Source: Actinomycetota bacterium (GTDB lineage Bacteria; Actinomycetota; Thermoleophilia; Solirubrobacterales; 70-9). From it: a stretch of 55,976 nt of DNA. Position numbers and translations under genes: made by a program. The first letter of the stretch is position 1. Each line of letters opens with the position of its first letter. The stretch covers positions 1 through 55,976 of the forward strand of contig JBEHWY010000001.1 of NCBI GenBank assembly GCA_048498975.1, given 5' to 3'. The notes under the pieces were generated by a model. It was not told the DNA's origin, did not search any database, and saw nothing but the letters and a program-made list of their open reading frames with translations. Positions 28,753 to 38,244 of this stretch are shown piece by piece.

Positions 28753-30098
28753 GCCACGACTGCTGCAACGACTACACCCGCTCCCAGCTCTTGCGCGCCG
28801 CCGCCGCGGAAGCCGGCCGCGGCCTGCCGGCGATCGAGCCGGGGATGCCCGAGCCGGCCGGCACCGGGCTTTCGCGACGCCGGTTCCTCTCCCGCGCCGC
28901 CGGCCTCGGGCTCGCGGTCTACGGCGCCTCGAAGATCCCGCTCGCGGCCTTCGACACCGGCATCGCGCAGGCCGCCCAGGGCGAAAAAATCCTCGTCTCG
29001 GTCTTCTTCGACGGCGGGATCGACGCGCTCAGCGTGCTCGCCCCGGTCGGCGACTCGCGCTACTCGCAGCTGCGCCCGACGCTCGCCTTCGCCCCCGGCG
29101 CCGGCCCGACCTTCACTGAGGACACCCGGCTGCAGTGGCACCCGGCGGCGGCGGGCCTGGCAACGCTCCATGGCGAGGGCAAGGTCAGCGCCTTCCCGGC
29201 GATCGGCTACGACCACCCCGACCAGTCGCACTTCACCTCGCGCCACTACTACGAGATCGGCGAGCTCGACGTCGGCTTCCACACCGGCTGGCTGGGGCGC
29301 TACCTCGACCTCGTCGGCGACGACGAAAACCCGCTGCAGGGACTGTCGATGGACGGCACCCTCTCGCCGATGATCGCGACGGCCGAAAAGCCGGTCGCCT
29401 CGATCGACAGCGTCGACGGCTACGACCTCTGGGCGCCGGTCTCCGAACCGATCACGGCCGAGATGTTCAAGACCTTCGCCCGCTTCGGCGCGCTGCCCTC
29501 CGACTCGCCGGCGCTGACGCAGGTGCGGCGGGCGACCTCGCAGACCGACAAGCTGCGGACCGAACTCGGCGGCGTCGGCGACTTCTCCAGCCCGGTCACC
29601 TACCCCGAAACCTGGTTCGCCCACATGCTCGCCGGCCTCGCCGCCTACATCGAGTTCGGACTGCCGATGCGGGTGGTGACGATCCGCGCCGCCGGCGGCT
29701 ACGACACCCACTCCGGCCAGGCCGAAGACCTCGAACGGAACCTCAAAGAGACCTGCGAGGGGCTGCTCGCCTTCCAACGCGACCTCGAGAAACGCGGGCT
29801 CGACGATCGCGTCATGGTCGAGCTGTGGAGCGAGTTCGGGCGGCGGCCGGAAGAGAACGGCTCGCAGGGAACCGACCACGGCGCCGCCGGCTGCGCCTTC
29901 GTCATCGGCTCGCGCGCCAAGGGCCAGATGGTCGGCGAATTCCCCGGCCTCTCGAAACTCGACGCCAACGACAACCTGCGCGTGACCAGCGACTTCCGGG
30001 CGATGTACTGCTCGCTGCTGGAGCAGTGGCTCGGCTACGACGCCGAACCGATCATCCCCGGCGCCAGCGGCTTCGAACGGCCGCTGCTGGTGGCGTGA
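28749..30098 (+). CDS. DUF1501 family protein (sulfatase/alkaline-phosphatase-like fold) with Tat signal
   Basis: Twin-arginine motif SRRRFLSRAAGLGLAV. FFDGGIDALS and GTDHGAAG are typical of DUF1501. Confidence 0.82.
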   Translation: MSHDCCNDYTRSQLLRAAAAEAGRGLPAIEPGMPEPAGTGLSRRRFLSRAAGLGLAVYGASKIPLAAFDTGIAQAAQGEKILVSVFFDGGIDALSVLAPVGDSRYSQLRPTLAFAPGAGPTFTEDTRLQWHPAAAGLATLHGEGKVSAFPAIGYDHPDQSHFTSRHYYEIGELDVGFHTGWLGRYLDLVGDDENPLQGLSMDGTLSPMIATAEKPVASIDSVDGYDLWAPVSEPITAEMFKTFARFGALPSDSPALTQVRRATSQTDKLRTELGGVGDFSSPVTYPETWFAHMLAGLAAYIEFGLPMRVVTIRAAGGYDTHSGQAEDLERNLKETCEGLLAFQRDLEKRGLDDRVMVELWSEFGRRPEENGSQGTDHGAAGCAFVIGSRAKGQMVGEFPGLSKLDANDNLRVTSDFRAMYCSLLEQWLGYDAEPIIPGASGFERPLLVA

Positions 30099-30670
30099 GG
30101 CGGGCGCTCGCCAGCGCCGCGCTCTGGGCTCTGCTCGGAGCGGCGGTGACGGTCGGGCCGGGACTCGGCCCGCTGCCCGGCGGCGAGCGCGCCGCGGCGG
30201 CGGAATGCACCTGGACGAAGCACGCCAAGCGGGTGGTGAAGAAGGTGCGCCGGCACGGCAAGCTGCGCCGGGTCGTCCGCCACCGCCACTTCTGGACCTG
30301 CGACGCGGTCGCGCCGGTGCCAGGCGGGCCGGCAGGGCCAACCTCGCCGCCGGCGGGCGAACCGGAACCGGAACCGGTCGCAAACCGGCTCGGCGTGCGC
30401 GCCTCCGAGTTCTACTTCATCCTCTCGCGGCCGAGCGTCAGCGCCGGCGAAGTCACGATCGAACTCGACAACCGCGGCGAAGACGCCCACGACCTCAACC
30501 TGCAACGCGAGGGCGGCGGCGAAGAACCGGTGCTCGAAATCGGCGAAACCCAGTCGACGCAGCACGCGACGGCGAAATTCGACCTCCCCGCCGGCACCTA
30601 CAAGCTCTGGTGCGGCCTCCCCGAACACCGCGAAAAGGGGATGGAAACGACGCTGGTCGTCAGCGGCTGA
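30095..30670 (+). CDS. secreted cupredoxin (type-1 blue copper) domain protein
   Basis: The GTG start overlaps the DUF1501 stop (GTGA). There is an N-terminal hydrophobic signal, and the C-terminal domain has candidate T1 Cu ligands: H (EDAHD) and C-x4-H-x4-M (WCGLPEHREKGM). Confidence 0.72.
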   Translation: MRRALASAALWALLGAAVTVGPGLGPLPGGERAAAAECTWTKHAKRVVKKVRRHGKLRRVVRHRHFWTCDAVAPVPGGPAGPTSPPAGEPEPEPVANRLGVRASEFYFILSRPSVSAGEVTIELDNRGEDAHDLNLQREGGGEEPVLEIGETQSTQHATAKFDLPAGTYKLWCGLPEHREKGMETTLVVSG

Positions 30671-30678
30671 AGGGTTGA

Positions 30679-30694
30679 CGCCCCCAGGGGGGCG
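30679..30694. terminator. bidirectional hairpin between the cupredoxin gene and ndh
   Basis: CGCCCCC-AG-GGGGGCG in the 40-bp convergent gap. Confidence 0.4.
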
Positions 30695-30710
30695 CGAATG
30701 CTTCAGCGAC

Positions 30711-31982
30711 TCAGTCGAGGCGTTTGGGGCGGCCGATCGAGCCGACCTCGGCGATGTCGCGCTTGAACGGCAGGCCGGCGGTCCAGTCGAGGACGGCGCG
30801 CGCCTTGCGGGCGGTGCCCGGGATCTGGGACATGTGGTAGCTGCGGGCCAGCCACCAGGCGGGGAAGCCGCGGAAGGTGCGCTCGCCGATTCGGCCAACG
30901 GCCTTGTAGCGGCCGAGGTTGACGAACGAGGCCTCCGAGCGGTAGGTGAACGGTGCCGGCGAGCCGACGCCGAGCTCGGCGGCGATGTTGCGGGCGGCGA
31001 CCGGCCCCTGGCGCACCGCGTGCTGGGCGGTCGGCGGGCAGAGGCCGCCGCGCGGGTCGGGCGCGGCGGCGGCATCGCCGATCGCCCAGACCGAGTCGAG
31101 GCCCTGGACCCGCAGGTACTCGTCGACCGGGACCCGGCCGCGCTCCTCCAGCGGCAGGTTCAGCTCGCGCAGGATCGGCTGCGGGGCGACGCCGGCGGTC
31201 CAGACGACGGTCCGGGTCGGCAGCGTCTCGCCGGTTGAGAGCTGGGCGCTGCTCTCCGTCACCTCCTCCAGGGTCGTGTTCAAGCGGATGTCGATGCCGC
31301 GACCGCGCAGCTCGCGCAGGGCGTAGTCGGCGAGTTCGGCGTCGATCTCCGGCAACACGCGATCGGCGGCCTCGACCAGGACCCAGCGCATCCCGTGCAG
31401 GCGTGCGCGCGGGTATGACTCCATCGCGTCGGCGGCGAAGTCCTGCAGCTCGGCCAGCGCCTCGAGGCCGGCGTAGCCGCCGCCGACGAAGACGTAGGTG
31501 AGCAGCTCCTCGCGCCGCGCCGGGTCCTCGGTCGCGTTGGCTTCCTCGAGCGTCTCGACCACGTGGTTGCGCAACCAGATCGCATCGGCGAGGCTCTTGA
31601 AGCCGATCGCGTGGTCGGCGAGGCCGGGGACCGGCAGCGTCCGCGAGACCGAGCCGAGCGCGATCAGCAGCTGGTCGTAGGGCAGCGTTTCGCGCTCACC
31701 GTACTTGGCCTCCAGCGTCACCGTCTTCGCCGCGGGGTCGTGGCCGACGACCTGCCCGATCCGCAGATAGGTGCGCTTGAGGATGTCGCGCAGCGGCGTC
31801 ACCACGTGCCGCGGCTCCAAGGTTCCCGCCGCGGCCTCCGGCAGGAACGGCGTGTAGAGCGCGAAGTTGGTCTCGTTGACCAGCACCAAGCGAGCCGACT
31901 GCTTCGGCAGCAACCGCTCAAGCTCCCGCGCAGCCGCCGCCCCTCCGAATCCACCCCCGGCGATGACGACGTTCCAGGCCAT
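30711..31982 (-). CDS. ndh: type II NADH dehydrogenase (NDH-2)
   Basis: 423 aa with the VVIAGGGFGG FAD motif and a second dinucleotide fold VFVGGGYAGLE. Confidence 0.88.
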   Translation of the reverse strand: MAWNVVIAGGGFGGAAAARELERLLPKQSARLVLVNETNFALYTPFLPEAAAGTLEPRHVVTPLRDILKRTYLRIGQVVGHDPAAKTVTLEAKYGERETLPYDQLLIALGSVSRTLPVPGLADHAIGFKSLADAIWLRNHVVETLEEANATEDPARREELLTYVFVGGGYAGLEALAELQDFAADAMESYPRARLHGMRWVLVEAADRVLPEIDAELADYALRELRGRGIDIRLNTTLEEVTESSAQLSTGETLPTRTVVWTAGVAPQPILRELNLPLEERGRVPVDEYLRVQGLDSVWAIGDAAAAPDPRGGLCPPTAQHAVRQGPVAARNIAAELGVGSPAPFTYRSEASFVNLGRYKAVGRIGERTFRGFPAWWLARSYHMSQIPGTARKARAVLDWTAGLPFKRDIAEVGSIGRPKRLD

Positions 31983-31999
31983 ACGCCTACGCTAGCAAG

Positions 32000-32020
32000 T
32001 TTGTAACAACTTGTTACAAA
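32000..32020. promoter_or_regulatory. 21-bp perfect palindrome upstream of ndh (candidate Rex-type operator, or the gatB terminator)
   Basis: TTTGTAACAA-C-TTGTTACAAA, 18-38 nt upstream of the ndh ATG and 18 nt past the gatB stop. Confidence 0.45.
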
Positions 32021-32037
32021 GTGTCAGATGTGGCGAG

Positions 32038-33474
32038 CTAACCGCCGAGCTGCTCGCGGATCAGGCGGTTGACCTCGCCGCCGTCGGCGCGGCCTTTGGT
32101 CTCGCGCATGACGGCGCCGACGATGGCGCCGATCGCCTTGCCGTTGCCGGCGCGGATCTGCTCGGCGGCGGCGGGGTCGGCCTCGATCGCGGCGGCGACG
32201 ATCGCCGCCAGCTCGCCGTCGTCGCCGGCCATCGCCAGGCCCTCGCGCTCGACGATCGCCTCGGCGTCGCCGCCCTCGGCGACCAGCGCCGCCAGCACCG
32301 TCTTGCCGGAGCCGTGGGAGATCGTCTTGCGGGCGACCATCGTGACCAGCTCGGCCAGCGCCGCCGGCGTCACCTTCGACTCGGCAGCCGAGCCGCCGTC
32401 CGCGGCGCGCAGCGCCGCAGCCAGCTCGCCCGTCACCCAGTTGGCCACCACCCGCGACTCGACCTCGGGCGCCTCGTTGTCGACCTGCTCGAAGTAGGCG
32501 GCGGTCTCGGGGTCGGCGGCGAGGACGGCGGCGACGTCGTGGGCCAGGCCGAGCTCGCTCGTGTAGCGCTCGATCCGCGCCGCCGGCAGCTCCGGCAGCG
32601 ACTCGCGCGCCGCGCGCACCATCTCCTCGGTCGCCACGATCGGGACCAGGTCTGGCTCGGGGAAGTAGCGGTAGTCGTGCGCTTCCTCCTTGGAGCGCAG
32701 CGAGGTCAGGTCGCCACTGACCGGGTCGAAGTGCAGCGTCTCCTGTTCGACCGTCCCCCCCGCCTGCACCAGCGCTCGCTGGCGCTCGAGCTCGGCTTCG
32801 ATCCCGCGCTGCAGGAAGCGGAAGCTGTTCATGTTCTTCAGCTCGGTCTTGGTGCCGAGCTCCTCGCTGCCGGCCGGGCGCACGGAGACGTTGGCGTCGA
32901 CCCGCAGGCTGCCCTCCTCCATGTTGACGTCGGAGACGCCGAGCTGGCGCACCGTCTCGCGCAGCAGCCGCGCCCACTCGGCCGCTTCGGCGGCGTCGCG
33001 CAGGTCGGGCTCGGTGACGATCTCGACCAGCGGCGTGCCGCCGCGGTTGAAATCGACCAGCGAGGCGGCGGAGCCGTGGATCCGGCCCGATTCGCCGACG
33101 TGGATCGTCTTCGCCGCGTCCTCCTCGAGGTGGGCGCGGTGGATCCGTACCTGGCCGAGCTTGCCCTCGCCGCAAATCGGGATGTCGTACTGGCTGATCT
33201 GGTAGGCCTTCGGGCTGTCGGGATAGAAGTACTGCTTGCGGTGGAAGATCGAGCGCGGAGCGATCTCGCAGCCGAGCGCGGCACCGATCTGCAGCGCGTA
33301 GAGGATCGCCTGTTCGTTGGGCACCGGCAGCACGCCGGGATGGGCGAGGCAGATCGGGCAGGTGTGGGTGTTGGGCGCCTCGCCGAAGGAGAGTTCGCAG
33401 CCGCAGAACATCTTCGTCCGCGTCGCCAGCTGGACGTGGATCTCGAGCCCGATCACCGCCTCCAGCTCAGCCAT
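32038..33474 (-). CDS. gatB: Asp/Glu-tRNA amidotransferase subunit B
   Basis: 478 aa, [24 protein letters not shown]..., with a C-terminal GatB/YqeY domain. Confidence 0.95.
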   Translation of the reverse strand: MAELEAVIGLEIHVQLATRTKMFCGCELSFGEAPNTHTCPICLAHPGVLPVPNEQAILYALQIGAALGCEIAPRSIFHRKQYFYPDSPKAYQISQYDIPICGEGKLGQVRIHRAHLEEDAAKTIHVGESGRIHGSAASLVDFNRGGTPLVEIVTEPDLRDAAEAAEWARLLRETVRQLGVSDVNMEEGSLRVDANVSVRPAGSEELGTKTELKNMNSFRFLQRGIEAELERQRALVQAGGTVEQETLHFDPVSGDLTSLRSKEEAHDYRYFPEPDLVPIVATEEMVRAARESLPELPAARIERYTSELGLAHDVAAVLAADPETAAYFEQVDNEAPEVESRVVANWVTGELAAALRAADGGSAAESKVTPAALAELVTMVARKTISHGSGKTVLAALVAEGGDAEAIVEREGLAMAGDDGELAAIVAAAIEADPAAAEQIRAGNGKAIGAIVGAVMRETKGRADGGEVNRLIREQLGG

Positions 33475-34936
33475 CGGAGCCCTCCCCGTTGGAGAGGTAC
33501 GGGACCGCGTGCGTCGTGGTGAAGCCGATCGACCGCTCCAGCGCGTAGGAGGCCTCCAGCAGCTTCTGCTCGGCGAAGGCCGGCGCCGCGATCTGGAAGC
33601 CGACCGGCAGCCGCGGGCCGCCGCCCTCGGGCTCGGCGAGGCCGGCGGGGATCGAGATCGCCGGGATCCCGGCCAGGCTCATCGGCACCGTGAAGAAGTC
33701 GTTGAGGTACATCGAGAGCGGGTCGGCGGTCTTCTCGCCGAGGCCGAAGGCGACCGAGGGCGAGGTCGGGGTGACGACGAAGTCGACGTCGGCGAAGGCG
33801 CCGCTGAAGTCCTCGGCGATGCGGGTGCGCACCTTCTGCGCCTGGCCGTAGTAGGCCTCGTAGTAGCCGGAGGAGAGCGCGTAGGTGCCGAGCATGATCC
33901 GCCGCTTGACCTCGGCGCCGAAGCCCTCGGCGCGCGTCGTCTCGTACATCTCGAGCAGGTCGCCGGCGTGCTCGGAGCGCATCCCGTAGCGGACGCCGTC
34001 ATAGCGGGCGAGGTTCGACGACGCCTCGGCCGGCGCGATCACGTAGTAGGCGGAGATGCCGTGCTCGGCGTTGGGCAGGCCGACCTCGGTGACCTCACCG
34101 CCGAGGTCCTCGATCCGCCTCAGCGTCGCTTCGAAGACCTCGCGCACGCCGGCGTCGATCGCATCGGCGGCGAGCTCGCGGGGGACGCCGAAGCGCAACC
34201 CGCGCAGGTCCTCGGCCGAGGGGGCGACGATGCCGCCCTCGATCCCGACCGAGGTCGAGTCGCAGGGGTCTTTGCCCTGCAGCGCCGCCAGCAGCAGCGC
34301 CGCGTCGGTGACGTCGCGGGTCAGCGGCCCGCACTGGTCCAGCGAGGAAGCGAAGGCGATCATCCCGTAGCGGGAGATCGCGCCGTAGGTCGGCTTCAGG
34401 CCGACGATCCCGCAGAGCGAGGCGGGCTGGCGGATCGAGCCGCCGGTGTCGGTGCCGAGCGCGCAGGGGGCGAGGCCGCCGGCGACCGCCGCCGCCGAGC
34501 CGCCGGAGGAGCCGCCGGGGACGCGGCCGCGGTCCCAGGGGTTGAGGACCGGCCCGTAGGCCGAGTTCTCGTTCGAGCTGCCCATCGCGAACTCGTCCAT
34601 GTTGGTCTTGCCGAGGACGCGGGCGCCGGCCTCCTCGAGCTTGCGCACGGCGGTCGCGGTGTAGGGCGGCAGGTAGCCCTCGAGGATCCTCGAGCCGGCC
34701 GTGGTCGGCGTCCCCTCGGTGCAGAAGATGTCCTTGACCGCGACCGGGATGCCGCCCAGCGGGCCGTCGATCGCCTGGTGGGGCTCGGCGCGCTCGACCT
34801 GGACCAGGTAGGCGTTCAGCTCGTCGCCGGCGGCCGCCTCGTGCCAGGCCGCGAAGTACTCGGCGGCCGAGAGCTCGGTGGCGGCGATCCGCGTCGCCGC
34901 TTCGGCGACGGTGAGGTCGAGGACGCTTGCCATCAC
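33467..34936 (-). CDS. gatA: Asp/Glu-tRNA amidotransferase subunit A
   Basis: Amidase signature [12 protein letters not shown]. Overlaps gatB by 8 nt. Confidence 0.95.
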   Translation of the reverse strand: MMASVLDLTVAEAATRIAATELSAAEYFAAWHEAAAGDELNAYLVQVERAEPHQAIDGPLGGIPVAVKDIFCTEGTPTTAGSRILEGYLPPYTATAVRKLEEAGARVLGKTNMDEFAMGSSNENSAYGPVLNPWDRGRVPGGSSGGSAAAVAGGLAPCALGTDTGGSIRQPASLCGIVGLKPTYGAISRYGMIAFASSLDQCGPLTRDVTDAALLLAALQGKDPCDSTSVGIEGGIVAPSAEDLRGLRFGVPRELAADAIDAGVREVFEATLRRIEDLGGEVTEVGLPNAEHGISAYYVIAPAEASSNLARYDGVRYGMRSEHAGDLLEMYETTRAEGFGAEVKRRIMLGTYALSSGYYEAYYGQAQKVRTRIAEDFSGAFADVDFVVTPTSPSVAFGLGEKTADPLSMYLNDFFTVPMSLAGIPAISIPAGLAEPEGGGPRLPVGFQIAAPAFAEQKLLEASYALERSIGFTTTHAVPYLSNGEGSDG

Positions 34937-35229
34937 TCGGCCTGCGGCGAGGGGACGCGGAAGGCGCCGTCCTGCGGGTCGGGCGCGGAGGCGAGGGCGA
35001 CGTCGTGCGGCAGGCTCGGCCGCGGCTCGTCGGCGCGCCAGACGTTCTCCAGGGCGACGACGTGAGAGGTCGGCTCGACGCCCTCCAAGTCGAGATTGGA
35101 GATCCGGTCGACGTGGTCGAGGATGCCCGACAGCTCGCCGGCCATCGTCTCGACCTCGGCGTCGGAGAGCCGCAGGCGGGCGAGGCGGGCGACGTGCAGG
35201 ACCTGGTCGCGGTCGATCATCGATTGCAT
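34933..35229 (-). CDS. gatC: Asp/Glu-tRNA amidotransferase subunit C
   Basis: 98 aa. [23 protein letters not shown] is typical of GatC. ATGA overlap with gatA. Confidence 0.9.
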   Translation of the reverse strand: MQSMIDRDQVLHVARLARLRLSDAEVETMAGELSGILDHVDRISNLDLEGVEPTSHVVALENVWRADEPRPSLPHDVALASAPDPQDGAFRVPSPQAE

Positions 35230-35267
35230 TCTAGGTGTGCAATTAAATACCGCCTCTCACGGACCGG

Positions 35268-35291
35268 TTTTCCCATGATTTACAGGGAAAA
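35268..35291. promoter_or_regulatory. inverted repeat TTTTCCC-N10-GGGAAAA in the AT-rich gatC / membrane-protein divergent region
   Basis: Seen directly in the sequence. The 142-bp intergenic region is the lowest-GC stretch in this part of the window. Confidence 0.25.
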
Positions 35292-35371
35292 AGTGGAATT
35301 CGGCGGGTTTATTTATTTACACCGCGTGCGTTTGATCTGCTGCCCGTCGCGCACTGGCCAGGCAGCCAGTT

Positions 35372-35827
35372 ATGCTGCTCGCGATGCAGGGGCCCGCGGC
35401 AGAGAGATTCGTCGTCCTCAGCCTGCGCCTGCTCGCCGCGACCTTCGCCGTCGTCGGCCTCCTCTTCATCGCCGTCCCCAACCCGACGCTCGACGTCCTC
35501 TCCGACTTCGGCGAATGGTTCGGCAACCACACCCGCGCCCCGCACGGCTCCGAGCAGCTCTGGCTCTCGCTCGGCTTCGCCTACATGGTCGTGATCACCG
35601 GCATCTGCCTGGTCGCGCAGCTCGACGTCGTCCGCTACCGGCCGCTGCTGCTCGTCCTCGCCGCCGGCAAGACCGCCTCCTCGCTGGCGACGCTCGGCTT
35701 CTTCGTCTTCGACGAACAGGTCTTCGCCTACCTGCTCAACTTCATCCTCGACGGCTCGCTGGTCCTGATCGCGCTCGCTCTCTACGTGCTGGCGGGACGG
35801 ATCGGGCGGCCGGTCGACCCCGGTTGA
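35372..35827 (+). CDS. hypothetical integral membrane protein (4 TM)
   Basis: 151 aa and strongly hydrophobic. It ends with a TGA that is in frame with the next gene. Confidence 0.65.
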   Translation: MLLAMQGPAAERFVVLSLRLLAATFAVVGLLFIAVPNPTLDVLSDFGEWFGNHTRAPHGSEQLWLSLGFAYMVVITGICLVAQLDVVRYRPLLLVLAAGKTASSLATLGFFVFDEQVFAYLLNFILDGSLVLIALALYVLAGRIGRPVDPG

Positions 35828-35887
35828 CGGCGCCCGCCAGGGCTGTCGGCCGCTGAGCAGCGCACGCTGAGCGCGATCTGCGCGGCG

Positions 35888-37708
35888 ATGGCGCCGGGCG
35901 TCGGCGGCCTGCCCGCCGCCGAACGCGACGTCGAGGTCGCCGGCCCGGTCGCCGAGTTCATGCGCTCCCTCTCCCCCGTCATGTTGCTGCAGCTGCGGCT
36001 GGCGCTGCACGCCTTCGAGTGGCTGCCGTTCCCGCGCCGCTTCAGCCGCCTCGACGCCGAGGGGCGCGAGCGCGCGCTGCAAAAGCTGGAGCGCTCGCGC
36101 AACCCGCTCAAGCACGAGCTGCTGCTGATGGCGAAGATCTTCTCGACGCTCGGCTACGCGGTGACGCCGCCGGTGCGCGAGGCACTCGGCTTCGAGATCG
36201 GCTGCGCGCTCGCCGACGGCAGCGTGCCGGAGCCGGCCGGCTCGCTGGGCGACACGAGCCCGCCGCCGGGAGGCGAGGAATGCGACGTGGTGATCGTCGG
36301 CTCGGGCGCCGGCGGCGCGGTCGCCGCCGCGACCCTGGCCGAGCTCGGCGTCGACGTCCTCGTGCTCGAGGCCGGCGGCCACTACACCCGCGACAACTAC
36401 CCCGAGGGGCTCGACGCGATCGCCGCGCTCTACCGCGACGCCGGCCTGACGATCGCTGCCGGCAAACCGCCGATCCCGGTGCCGGTGGCCAAAGCGCTCG
36501 GCGGCACGACGGTGATCAACTCGGGGACCTGCTTCCGCGCTCCCGACCCGGTGCTCGAGGACTGGCGGCAGCGCTTCGGGATCGGCTGGGCGCACGAGCT
36601 CGACGCCGACTTCGCCGAGGCCGAGGACTTCCTCCGCGTCACCCAGCTCGACCCCGAGCGGATGGGCCGCAACGGGCAGCTGGCGATGGAGGGTGCGGCG
36701 GCGCTCGGCGCCAGCGGCGCCCCGATCCACCGCAACGCCGGCAACTGCGTGCAGTGCAGCTCCTGCCCCTTCGGCTGCGCGATCGACGCCAAGCGCGGCA
36801 TGCACGTCAGCTACCTGCCCCGCGCCGTCGCCGCCGGGGCGCGGGTGCGGGCCGGGATCGAGGTCCAGCGGGTGATCGTCGAGAACGGGCGCGCGGTCGG
36901 AGTCGAAGGTAAGGGCTTCGAGGTCCGCGCCCGCAAGGCGGTGATCGTCGCCGGCGGCGCGCTGGGCACGCCGGAGCTGCTGCTGCGCTCGGAGCTCGGC
37001 GGCGGTCAGGTCGGCCGCAACCTCCACATCCACCCCGCCTGCTGGGTCGGCGCCCGCTACGAGGAGGAGGTGCGCGGCTGGGAGGGCGTGATGCAGAGCT
37101 ACTACCTCGACCAGTGGGAGGAGCAGCGGATCCTGCTCGAGGCGACCTTCACGCCGCTGGCCTTCGGCGGCGCCTGGCTGCTCGGCGCTGGCGCCAGCCA
37201 CCAGAAGGCGATGCTCGACTTCGGCCACATCGGCTCGATCGGCGTCCACCTCTCCGACCACTCGGCCGGCCGCGTCGGCCTCGGCACCGGCAGCGTCCGC
37301 GCTTCCTACGCGCTGACCCGCGACGACGCCCGCCGCCTCGCCTACGGCATCGCCCGCGCCGCGGAAGTCCACTTCGCCGCCGGCGCCAGCGAGGTCTACC
37401 CCAACATCGCCAGGGTCGGGGTGCTGAAGCCGAGCGACCTGGCCAGCTTCGAGGCGACCACGTTCAAGCCCGGCGAGCTGCGCCTGGAGGCCTTCCACCC
37501 GATGGGGACGGCGCGGATCGCGGCCGACCCGCGCGAGGGCGTCTGCGCGCCCGACGGCTCGGTCCACGGCACCGCCGGCCTCTATGTCGCCGACGCCTCG
37601 CTGTTCCCGACCTCAGTCGGGGTCAACCCGATGATGACGGTGATCGCTTTTTCGAAGCGGATCTCGCGGGACCTCGCGACTCAGGGCGCCGCTGTCGCTT
37701 CGGCTTAG
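35888..37708 (+). CDS. GMC family FAD-dependent oxidoreductase
   Basis: CDVVIVGSGAGGAVAA FAD motif and the C-terminal GMC block HPMGTARI...GLYVADASLFPTSVGVNPMMT. The true start may lie upstream of the first ATG (see findings). Confidence 0.85.
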   Translation: MAPGVGGLPAAERDVEVAGPVAEFMRSLSPVMLLQLRLALHAFEWLPFPRRFSRLDAEGRERALQKLERSRNPLKHELLLMAKIFSTLGYAVTPPVREALGFEIGCALADGSVPEPAGSLGDTSPPPGGEECDVVIVGSGAGGAVAAATLAELGVDVLVLEAGGHYTRDNYPEGLDAIAALYRDAGLTIAAGKPPIPVPVAKALGGTTVINSGTCFRAPDPVLEDWRQRFGIGWAHELDADFAEAEDFLRVTQLDPERMGRNGQLAMEGAAALGASGAPIHRNAGNCVQCSSCPFGCAIDAKRGMHVSYLPRAVAAGARVRAGIEVQRVIVENGRAVGVEGKGFEVRARKAVIVAGGALGTPELLLRSELGGGQVGRNLHIHPACWVGARYEEEVRGWEGVMQSYYLDQWEEQRILLEATFTPLAFGGAWLLGAGASHQKAMLDFGHIGSIGVHLSDHSAGRVGLGTGSVRASYALTRDDARRLAYGIARAAEVHFAAGASEVYPNIARVGVLKPSDLASFEATTFKPGELRLEAFHPMGTARIAADPREGVCAPDGSVHGTAGLYVADASLFPTSVGVNPMMTVIAFSKRISRDLATQGAAVASA

Positions 37709-38234
37709 TCGTCGCGCCCGGCTTCGAGAGCGAATCGGCGACCTTGGCGAACGAGGTGCCGCGCTCGGCCATCGAGCGGTAGCCGCCGTAGGCGATGCCG
37801 GCCGCGGCGGCGAGGCCGAGCCAGACGCCGAGCTTCAGAGTCGCGTTGACGCCGACCCCGCCGAGCTCACCGAAGTCGGGCGGGAAGAGGATGCGGAGGA
37901 GGACCAGCAGCGTCGCCAGGCCGCCGAGGACGGCGACGGCGGCGCTGAGCGGCACCGCCGGCTCCCACTTCGAGCCCCGCAGCCGCAGCACCGCGGCAGC
38001 GACCGCGACAAGGATCACGACGAGCAGCAACCAGGAGATGACGTCGAGGGTCTGCCAGGCATCCCCGCCCGCACCGGCGCCGCCGCCGAGCTTGATCCGG
38101 CGCGCCTCGCCAGCGACTTCGGCGCCGTACCAGTCGAGGAACATGAAGACGAAGAGCGCCAGCGCCGAAAGCGCCGCGACCGCCTCCCCGCGGCTGAGCC
38201 GCCTCGACTTCCCTTTCCCCCGCGCGCCCGGCAC
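37623..38234 (-). CDS. hypothetical membrane protein with basic C-terminal tail
   Basis: 203 aa with 4 predicted TM segments. Its 3' end overlaps the convergent GMC gene by 86 nt. Confidence 0.6.
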   Translation of the reverse strand: MPGARGKGKSRRLSRGEAVAALSALALFVFMFLDWYGAEVAGEARRIKLGGGAGAGGDAWQTLDVISWLLLVVILVAVAAAVLRLRGSKWEPAVPLSAAVAVLGGLATLLVLLRILFPPDFGELGGVGVNATLKLGVWLGLAAAAGIAYGGYRSMAERGTSFAKVADSLSKPGATTKPKRQRRPESRGPARSASKKRSPSSSG

Positions 38235-38244
38235 GAGGGCGAGC

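Noticed and set aside
35825-35827. The in-frame TGA read as selenocysteine.
   Set aside because: I could not see a SECIS-like hairpin immediately downstream, and the context (a linker between a membrane domain and an enzyme) is not a redox-active site.
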